Under the pieces are notes generated by a model. The model did no database searches. It worked only from the letters and a program-made list of their open reading frames with translations, and was not told the origin of the DNA. Below are positions 36,523 through 43,238 of a stretch of 64,000 nt of DNA, piece after piece; within the stretch, counting starts at the first letter, position 1; each line of letters begins with the position of its first letter. Both the position numbers and the translations under genes were made by a program. Location: NCBI GenBank assembly GCA_030609965.1, contig JAUWSQ010000001.1, forward strand, positions 37,811 to 101,810, in the 5' to 3' direction. This DNA comes from Candidatus Fermentibacterota bacterium. GTDB taxonomy: Bacteria > Fermentibacterota > Fermentibacteria > Fermentibacterales > JCC-6.

Positions 36523-37509
36523 TCAGTCTTCGATAAGCTTGATGACTTTTGCTTCCCGAACTCTGAGTACACCGTCTATCTGATTAAGTTTCTGAATAAT
36601 CCGAGGTGTTTTACCCATTGCGCCATGGCCAGTGATCATTCCCACCAGTTTACTGCCATCTTCAATCACGTCGCAGAATACGACCTCATCGATGAAGAAC
36701 ACAGTGGTGAATATCTGCTGTATCGCGTCGGGATCGATATCAACGATTATGTAGCTCATGGTCCCCGGCTGCCTTCTTGCATCAGCCCCGGCATCATGCT
36801 TAACAGCATGCTGATAGGTCTCAATGAACTGATCAACATCTCTATCGAGTTTCGGGCGCTCAACCTGGGACATGGAGACAACTTCGATGCCATCCATATT
36901 TTTGATCCTGCTGAATATTTCCTGTATTTCAGATGTGGAAGAAGCCTGCGCCAGGAGTATTATATCGAAATCTCCTCTGACGGCATCACATGACTGAATA
37001 CCATTCATCCTGTAAAGGGAATCGTAGATTTCCATGCTTCTGTCCGGTTCTGTTATCTTGACTGTAAGATAGCCGCTCACAGATTCCCTCATACCGTCAT
37101 CGGTAGCTTCTTCGGAAATTTCTGTAGCGGTCTTCCCTGGCGAGAGCTCTTCCAGTGCATTAACAAGCTCAGATATCTCGAAAGGCTTGTCAAGATATCC
37201 GGTATTATGCTCGGAAAGAGCGGTCAGCATAAGTCTTTCATCACCGAAACCCGTTATTACAAGAACGGGAAGGTCAGGATACTGGTTCTTTATAACCTTC
37301 AGTATCTTGAGTCCATCAATATCCGGCATGAATATGTCGGTAACAAGATAATCGTAGGCAATTCTATTTTCCCTTGCCTGGTTCAGTTCATGAATCGCGG
37401 AAATGCCATCCGGACAGGCAACTGCAGTGTAATCCTCCTGAGTGAGACCTATGGTGAGATTCCGCCTGATCTCTGCCTCGTCATCGATAATTAATACGCG
37501 GCCTTTCAA
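36523..37509 (-). CDS. Response regulator: a receiver domain plus two tandem Lrp/AsnC-type RAM-like (ligand-binding) domains, with no DNA-binding domain recognised
   Basis: REC motifs (VLIIDDE, LVTDIFMPDIDG, LDKPF). The C-terminal halves fit the RAM pattern, for example LTVKITEPDRSMEIYDSLYRMNGIQSCDAVRGDFDIILLAQASSTSEIQEIFSRIKNMDGIEVVSMSQV. Confidence 0.65.
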   Translation of the reverse strand: MKGRVLIIDDEAEIRRNLTIGLTQEDYTAVACPDGISAIHELNQARENRIAYDYLVTDIFMPDIDGLKILKVIKNQYPDLPVLVITGFGDERLMLTALSEHNTGYLDKPFEISELVNALEELSPGKTATEISEEATDDGMRESVSGYLTVKITEPDRSMEIYDSLYRMNGIQSCDAVRGDFDIILLAQASSTSEIQEIFSRIKNMDGIEVVSMSQVERPKLDRDVDQFIETYQHAVKHDAGADARRQPGTMSYIIVDIDPDAIQQIFTTVFFIDEVVFCDVIEDGSKLVGMITGHGAMGKTPRIIQKLNQIDGVLRVREAKVIKLIED

Positions 37510-37595
37510 TTGATGCCTCCTCTATTCAGCTTGATATTCTTAGGAATGGTGGAACGCTACGTTCAGCTTGCTTAAAAGTCAAGAACACCACCCTT

Positions 37596-39059
37596 TCAGT
37601 GAACTTCTGCTCTGCAAAGGTCCAGAGTACTATCCAGATCCACCCATCGTCCCGAACTAAGATACAGATTCATTGCTCTGGCAGCCCTTCTTCCATGCCC
37701 CATGGCCAATATGACGGTGGCTGCGCCCAGAACAATATCGCCTCCGGCGAAAACACCGGGAACAGAAGTCTGGCCGGTTATCTCGTTAACTACGATACCA
37801 CCCCATCTGGTCACTTCAAGATCTGGAAAACTATTGGGTACAAGCGGGTTAGGGCTGTTCCCGATAGCAACGATCAATGCATCGGTGTCCTCGATGAATT
37901 CACTTCCCTCGATCGGAACCGGCCTTCTTCTTCCAGAAGAATCGGGTTCACCAAGCTTCATCTTTATGACCTCCGCGCCCTTAATCCATCCCTTCTCGTC
38001 GCCTACAAGGCGTACAGGATTCTGCAGAAGGTGGAATTCCACTCCCTCTTCCTTTGCATGATGGATCTCCTCCAGCCTTGCCGGCATCTGTTCCTCGGCC
38101 CTCCTGTAAACGATAAGCGATCTTTCAGCTCCCATTCGAAGAGCGGTTCGAGCACAGTCCATTGCAACGTTTCCTCCGCCTACAGTAATGACTTTTTTCC
38201 CTTTTACTATGGGTGTGTCAGCATCCGGAAAATCGTAGGCTTTCATCAGGTTCGCCCGGGTGAGATACTCATTGGCCGAGAGAACCCCCAGGAGGTTCTC
38301 TCCATCTACTCTCATGAACCTTGGAAGACCGGCACCGGTTCCGATAAACACCGCATCATAATCATCAATGACCTGCCTTACCGGTATGGTCTTTCCTATC
38401 ACATAGTCATACCGGAATTCTACGCCGATCTTCTCCAGGTAATCTACCTCAAACTGTACTATATTCTTCGGTAGTCTGAACTCAGGAATTCCGTAGACCA
38501 GAACTCCTCCAGCCTTATGAAGTGCTTCGAATACTATTACCTCATGACCGAATTTGATCAGATCTCCGGCCACGGTGAGACCGGCGGGACCAGCACCGAT
38601 GATCGCAACTCTTTTCCCCGAAGGCTTCAGTGAAGGAGGCTGCTCGCTCTCTCCCTGTTCCCTCTCCCAGTCAGCGATGAACCGTTCAAGCTTACCTATC
38701 ATCACCGATTTGCAGGGATCCTTCCTGACCTTGCCGATAGTGCAGAAGAGCTGACACTGTTCCTCCTGTGGACATACCCTTCCGCAAACGGCTGGAAGAA
38801 GGTTCCGCTCCTTCATCTTTCTGACAGCACCCCTGAAGTCACCTTCTTCGATGAGCTTTATGAAACCGGGGATATCGATACCAACAGGGCAGCCTTCAAC
38901 ACAGAACGCTGTTTTACACTGAATGCATCTGCTTGCCTCCAGCATTGCCATTTCGGGAGTGTATCCAAGGGGGACTTCATCGAGGTTTTTCACCCGCTCA
39001 ATCGGATCCTGTTCGGGCATCTCAACAGGGGGAATCAGCATTCTTTCCTTGGCATTCAT
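37596..39059 (-). CDS. nfnB: NADH-dependent reduced ferredoxin:NADP+ oxidoreductase subunit B (GltD-like)
   Basis: N-terminal two Cys clusters (CIQCKTAFCVEGCP and CGRVCPQEEQC). VAIIGAGPAGLT, VGGGNVAMDCAR and VFAGGD motifs. It is translationally coupled to the PyrK-like gene upstream. Confidence 0.75.
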   Translation of the reverse strand: MNAKERMLIPPVEMPEQDPIERVKNLDEVPLGYTPEMAMLEASRCIQCKTAFCVEGCPVGIDIPGFIKLIEEGDFRGAVRKMKERNLLPAVCGRVCPQEEQCQLFCTIGKVRKDPCKSVMIGKLERFIADWEREQGESEQPPSLKPSGKRVAIIGAGPAGLTVAGDLIKFGHEVIVFEALHKAGGVLVYGIPEFRLPKNIVQFEVDYLEKIGVEFRYDYVIGKTIPVRQVIDDYDAVFIGTGAGLPRFMRVDGENLLGVLSANEYLTRANLMKAYDFPDADTPIVKGKKVITVGGGNVAMDCARTALRMGAERSLIVYRRAEEQMPARLEEIHHAKEEGVEFHLLQNPVRLVGDEKGWIKGAEVIKMKLGEPDSSGRRRPVPIEGSEFIEDTDALIVAIGNSPNPLVPNSFPDLEVTRWGGIVVNEITGQTSVPGVFAGGDIVLGAATVILAMGHGRRAARAMNLYLSSGRWVDLDSTLDLCRAEVH

Positions 39060-39928
39060 AGCGAACCCCCTTCGGACGTACTGTCAAGTCTGCAGCCTGC
39101 ATGGGAGGAATAACGTTCAAGCGCGTTTTTCTCTTCGGATCTATATGTAGCTAGACGCGCCATGAGTTCATCGAAATCAACCTTGTGCCCATCGAACTCC
39201 GGCCCATCAATACAGGCGAACTTCACGGAGCCACCAACGGTTACCCTGCAGCAGCCGCACATACCAGTTCCATCAACCATGATCGGGTTAAGGCTGACAA
39301 TTGTTGGAATACCAAGCTTTTCCGTCAGGATACAGACGAATTTCATCATGATCGGCGGACCGATAGCAATACATTGATCAAATTCTTCACCGTTATCCAC
39401 GAGATTTCGGATAGCATCGGTCACAAGGCCCTTCTGGCCTTTCGAACCATCATCCGTGGTTATTATAATCTCATCGCTCGCTTCCCTCATAAGGTCGGCA
39501 AGTATGATCAGATTGGAGGATCTTGCCCCGAGGATACTGGTGACATGGTTACCTGTTTCTTTCATTGCTCTTGCAACAGGATAAAGCGGGGCGATACCGA
39601 TCCCCCCCCCGACACAGAGAACCCTGCCGACTTTCTCTATATGCGTGGGTTCGCCCAGGGGCCCCGTCAGGGTCGGTATGGAATCACCCTGCTTCATCTG
39701 AGCCATCTGCAGGGTTGTTTTACCAACCGCCTGGATGATAAGAGTAATGCTGCCCTCTTCGGTATCAACATCGGCTATCGTTATTGGGATTCTTTCCCCG
39801 TTTTCACTGATCCGCACAATAACGAACTGACCGGGTTTTCTGTATCTGGCTATATCGGGTGCCCTGAATCTGTACATGTATATATCCGGTCCAAGTTTTT
39901 CCTTGTGCAGAAGCTGGTACATATGCAT
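39056..39928 (-). CDS. nfnA: NADH-dependent reduced ferredoxin:NADP+ oxidoreductase subunit A (PyrK/SudB-like FAD, NAD and 2Fe-2S protein)
   Basis: Ferredoxin-reductase-type fold (RIPITIAD and GGGIGIAP) and a C-terminal Cys cluster GMCGCCRV...C. It overlaps the GltD-like gene by 4 nt. Confidence 0.75.
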   Translation of the reverse strand: MHMYQLLHKEKLGPDIYMYRFRAPDIARYRKPGQFVIVRISENGERIPITIADVDTEEGSITLIIQAVGKTTLQMAQMKQGDSIPTLTGPLGEPTHIEKVGRVLCVGGGIGIAPLYPVARAMKETGNHVTSILGARSSNLIILADLMREASDEIIITTDDGSKGQKGLVTDAIRNLVDNGEEFDQCIAIGPPIMMKFVCILTEKLGIPTIVSLNPIMVDGTGMCGCCRVTVGGSVKFACIDGPEFDGHKVDFDELMARLATYRSEEKNALERYSSHAGCRLDSTSEGGSL

Positions 39929-40080
39929 CCTCCATTACAAATGGTAAATGTTCTTATTAAGGACAAGTAATACAATCATTTTGATGATAATTGTCTGCTA
40001 AATCGATAGCAGTTACGGCACAATATCCATGTAGATTATCCCGGTCAAGTAGTTGATATTTTCACGATCGATATTGATAC

Positions 40081-40110
40081 TTGACGAAGGCCACTCTAAA
40101 TCAGTAAACT
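40081..40110 (+). promoter_or_regulatory. Candidate sigma70-type promoter of gdhA
   Basis: TTGACG (40081-40086), an 18 nt spacer, then TAAACT (40105-40110), about 90 nt upstream of the ATG. This is a weak call. Confidence 0.25.
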
Positions 40111-40199
40111 ACTTGTTCTAAGTGAGATGTTTTGAATGATATTACCCAGTTTTCTTTTCTTGTTCTTAACTCTTTACCCTCGAAGGGAGGGACGGGCAT

Positions 40200-41552
40200 A
40201 TGCTCGAAGAACTTTACCAGAAGGTCGTTGAGAAGGATCCGGCTCAGCCTGAGTTTCATCAGGCCGTACAGGAAGTCCTCGAATCACTCGAGGTTGTCCT
40301 CGAGAAGCATCCGGAGTACCGCAAAGCCAGAATTCCTGAAAGAATAGTCGAGCCCGAGCGTGTGATAATGTTCAGGGTTCCCTGGGTTGACGATGATGGA
40401 GATATCCATGTTAACCGCGGTTTCAGAATCGAGATGAACAGCGCCATCGGACCCTACAAGGGCGGCCTCCGTTTTCACCCCTCGGTAAACCTCGGCATCC
40501 TCAAGTTCCTCGCATTCGAGCAGGTTTTCAAGAACGCACTTACAACCATCCCTATGGGCGGCGGCAAGGGCGGGTCGGATTTTGACCCCAAAGGCAAGTC
40601 CGACCTCGAAGTAATGCGCTTCTGCCAGAGTTTCATGTCGGAGCTTTTCCGTCACATCGGACCCAGTACCGATGTACCCGCCGGCGATATCGGTGTTGGT
40701 GGAAGAGAAATAGGTTTCCTCTTCGGCCAGTACAAGAAACTGAAGAACGAATGGAGCGGTGTACTCACAGGTAAAGGCCTTCAATACGGCGGAAGCCTCA
40801 TAAGACCCGAAGCTACCGGTTACGGCGCAGTATATTTCGGTGAAGAGATGCTCAAAACTCGCGGAGACAGTTACGATGGTAAGGTATGCCTCGTTTCCGG
40901 CGCAGGAAACGTCGCTCAGTACACCACCGAGAAGATCATCGAGCTCGGCGGCAAGGTTGTTACTCTCTCAGATTCAGGCGGCAGCATTTACGATCCAGAA
41001 GGTGTTGACACGGATAAACTTGCCTTCGTCATGGACCTCAAGAATAACCGCAGAGGCAGAATCAAAGAATACGCCGAGAAATACTCCAGCGCCGAATATA
41101 TCCCTATTGATCCCGAACTTGACTACAACCCGCTCTGGAATCACAAGGCCGATTGCGCCTTCCCAAGCGCCACCCAGAACGAGATCAATGCAAAGGATGC
41201 GCAGAACCTTATCAACAACGGAGTCTTCCTCGTTTCCGAGGGAGCCAATATGCCGACAGTTCCCGATGGCGTTAATATCTTCATCGAGAACAAAGTTCTC
41301 TACGGTCCCGGCAAAGCCGCAAATGCTGGTGGCGTATCAACATCCGGACTTGAAATGGCTCAGAACGCTACATTCTCAAGCTGGAGCCGCAAGGAAGTCG
41401 ATACAAAGCTTCATAACATCATGATCAGCATCCACGCACAGGCAAAAGCCGCTGCTGAAATGTACGGACAGCCGGACAACTACGTGCTTGGTGCAAATGC
41501 AGCCGGTTTCTGCAAAGTTGCCGATGCTATGATCGCTCAGGGTGTTGTGTAG
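40200..41552 (+). CDS. gdhA: NADP-specific glutamate dehydrogenase
   Basis: 450 aa with the hexameric GDH signature region PMGGGKGGSDFDPKGKS and a GAGNVAQY dinucleotide fold. SD GGGAGGGA lies upstream. Confidence 0.9.
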   Translation: MLEELYQKVVEKDPAQPEFHQAVQEVLESLEVVLEKHPEYRKARIPERIVEPERVIMFRVPWVDDDGDIHVNRGFRIEMNSAIGPYKGGLRFHPSVNLGILKFLAFEQVFKNALTTIPMGGGKGGSDFDPKGKSDLEVMRFCQSFMSELFRHIGPSTDVPAGDIGVGGREIGFLFGQYKKLKNEWSGVLTGKGLQYGGSLIRPEATGYGAVYFGEEMLKTRGDSYDGKVCLVSGAGNVAQYTTEKIIELGGKVVTLSDSGGSIYDPEGVDTDKLAFVMDLKNNRRGRIKEYAEKYSSAEYIPIDPELDYNPLWNHKADCAFPSATQNEINAKDAQNLINNGVFLVSEGANMPTVPDGVNIFIENKVLYGPGKAANAGGVSTSGLEMAQNATFSSWSRKEVDTKLHNIMISIHAQAKAAAEMYGQPDNYVLGANAAGFCKVADAMIAQGVV

Positions 41553-41581
41553 GAATACTCTAAATAAAGAGTTCAAAGAAG

Positions 41582-41609
41582 GACCCCCGGCTGAGCCGGG
41601 GGTCTTTTT
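41582..41609 (+). terminator. Rho-independent terminator of gdhA
   Basis: GACCCCCGGC-TGA-GCCGGGGGTC followed by TTTTT. Confidence 0.8.
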
Positions 41610-41862
41610 CATGTCATACGCCAGTAAACCTATAGAAGGGCATGTACATGAGGGTTCCAGCTGGTCAAACCTCTGAAGGTCTGCGGCGTGGTTTATGGCA
41701 GTAGTAAATCATCCTTGGAATTGACCGGGCAGAGTTACATGCCGTATCGTTTGTTCATGAGGAGAAATCAGGATAACCGGGGCAGAAGTGCCATGTTGAG
41801 TACAGATCCATGGCACGGTGGAAATCAAGTTTCCCATCGTTGGAAGTAACCACGGAGGTGAG

Positions 41863-42444
41863 ATGAGTTCAAATACTGTATCAGCAGGAATTGAAACAGA
41901 AAGGCTTGTTTTGCGTGAGCACATAAGCGAAGATACAAACGCCATACTTGAAATATTCGGCGACATTGAAGTGATGCGTTTTTTCGGAATGAAGCCGATA
42001 CAATCACTGAATGCTGCAAGGAAAATGATTGATTATTTCAAAAAGAGCAGTGAAGAACATGGTTTGAATAGATGGGCTATCGTATTAAAAGATCTCGATA
42101 CTGTTGTTGGAAGTGTTTTCTATACCAATATTGAGAAACCATATTTTCGTGCGGAGATCGGATATCTTTTAGGCCGCAAACACTGGGGAAAAGGCATCAT
42201 GACAGAAGCGTTGGAGAAGATCATTTCCTTCGGTTTTGAGACTATGAATCTTAATAAAATACAAGCATTGATAACTGTTGATAACCAGAGGTCTTTTTCT
42301 CTCGTAGAGCGACTTGGATTTTGCAGGGAAGGAATTCTGAGAGAGCACAATTTCAACTATGTAGATAACAAATTCGACGACATTTATGCATATGCACTAT
42401 TTGCTCAACACCACCATATACTGAGGGATGGTCTCAATGCCTGA
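41863..42444 (+). CDS. GNAT N-acetyltransferase (RimJ/RimL-like, Acetyltransf_3 type)
   Basis: ATG 41863 follows GGAGGTG. ETERLVLRE..., then HWGKGIMTEA and NQRSFSLVERLGF. Confidence 0.8.
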   Translation: MSSNTVSAGIETERLVLREHISEDTNAILEIFGDIEVMRFFGMKPIQSLNAARKMIDYFKKSSEEHGLNRWAIVLKDLDTVVGSVFYTNIEKPYFRAEIGYLLGRKHWGKGIMTEALEKIISFGFETMNLNKIQALITVDNQRSFSLVERLGFCREGILREHNFNYVDNKFDDIYAYALFAQHHHILRDGLNA

Positions 42445-42601
42445 CTGGACAGATGATAAGTATGCTCCGTTTAAGATTATTGTAGAAGCATATATCAATT
42501 CTTTGAATAACAGAGCACCGCATAGCCTGAGTGTAAATATAACCGGGGATGAATTCAACAAGATGCACTGCTGAACATTCCGGAAAAAAAGATAGACGGT
42601 T

Positions 42602-43027
42602 TCAGTCACTGAAGAGTTCGTTTATCTCTCCACTTTCAAGATTGTATTCCAGATACAAAGTGCCAAGTCCCTCAATGTACTCGGAATACAGTCTATCGGT
42701 CCATGTGATAAGAAAACGGTCATCGTTGGATTGAATACTGATCACGCTTACCTGCCCGAATGTATAGGGTGATCCGTTATACATGCAAGGTTGCCAGGAA
42801 TAGATCAGTTCCCAGTTATAACCAGCGTCATCGAAAGTGCCGTTGAACAGCTCAATGGTGCCCTGGTCTACATTATTGAAGAGCCTCAGGTACAGAAGTT
42901 CTGTAGCCCCTCTGAAGTAAGCCCGATCAATGATCTCAATTCCCGAAGCGTCCTCGGGAAAAAGAATTTCAACAGCTCCTTCAGCTGAAACAATACAAAT
43001 AGCACTGAGAATCAATAATCTCATCAT
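42602..43027 (-). CDS. Small secreted protein of unknown function
   Basis: 141-aa ORF with the signal peptide MMRLLILSAICIVSAEG. No recognisable domain. Confidence 0.5.
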   Translation of the reverse strand: MMRLLILSAICIVSAEGAVEILFPEDASGIEIIDRAYFRGATELLYLRLFNNVDQGTIELFNGTFDDAGYNWELIYSWQPCMYNGSPYTFGQVSVISIQSNDDRFLITWTDRLYSEYIEGLGTLYLEYNLESGEINELFSD

Positions 43028-43165
43028 TTTCCATCTGCCTCCCGTAATTTGTCAGCTTCTATCGAAATAGTCACCAGCTATTCTCAGGGTAAATATATAC
43101 ATTGTATTCATGATTCTACAGAAATCACTTCCTGAGAGGTGTATGCATTAAGAACAAGCAATTTA

Positions 43166-43238
43166 AGGGTGTTGTGCAGGAAGACTTTGAATCAGTTAAT
43201 GAAGGGGCCCCCGGCTGAGCCGGGGGTTTTTCATGTCA
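43166..43238. repeat. Diverged second copy of the gdhA 3' end plus terminator hairpin
   Basis: AGGGTGTTGTGCAGGAAG...CCCCCGGCTGAGCCGGGGGTTTTTCATGTCA parallels 41539-41616. The hairpin CCCCCGGCTGAGCCGGGGG is identical, and the gdhA stop TAG corresponds to CAG here. The T-tract abuts the stop codon of the convergent gene at 43231. Confidence 0.7.

Noticed and set aside
39602-39610. C9/G9 homopolymer as a slipped-strand phase-variation tract (also G9 at 22413-22421)
   Set aside because: The first encodes the conserved GGGIG dinucleotide-binding glycines of nfnA. The second is part of an intergenic GC hairpin. There is no evidence for length variation from a single sequence.
37599-39970. Long plus-strand ORFs (37599..38474 of 291 aa and 39185..39970 of 261 aa), and similar ones at 25411..26918, 30706..34187 and 13215..13598
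   Set aside because: They lie antisense to genes with strong family motifs. They have low-complexity Ser/Pro/Arg-rich translations and no RBS. They are typical shadow ORFs.
41709-41966. 85-aa minus-strand ORF in the gdhA-GNAT intergenic region
   Set aside because: It overlaps the GNAT gene start in antisense. It has no RBS and no recognisable features, so it is probably spurious.
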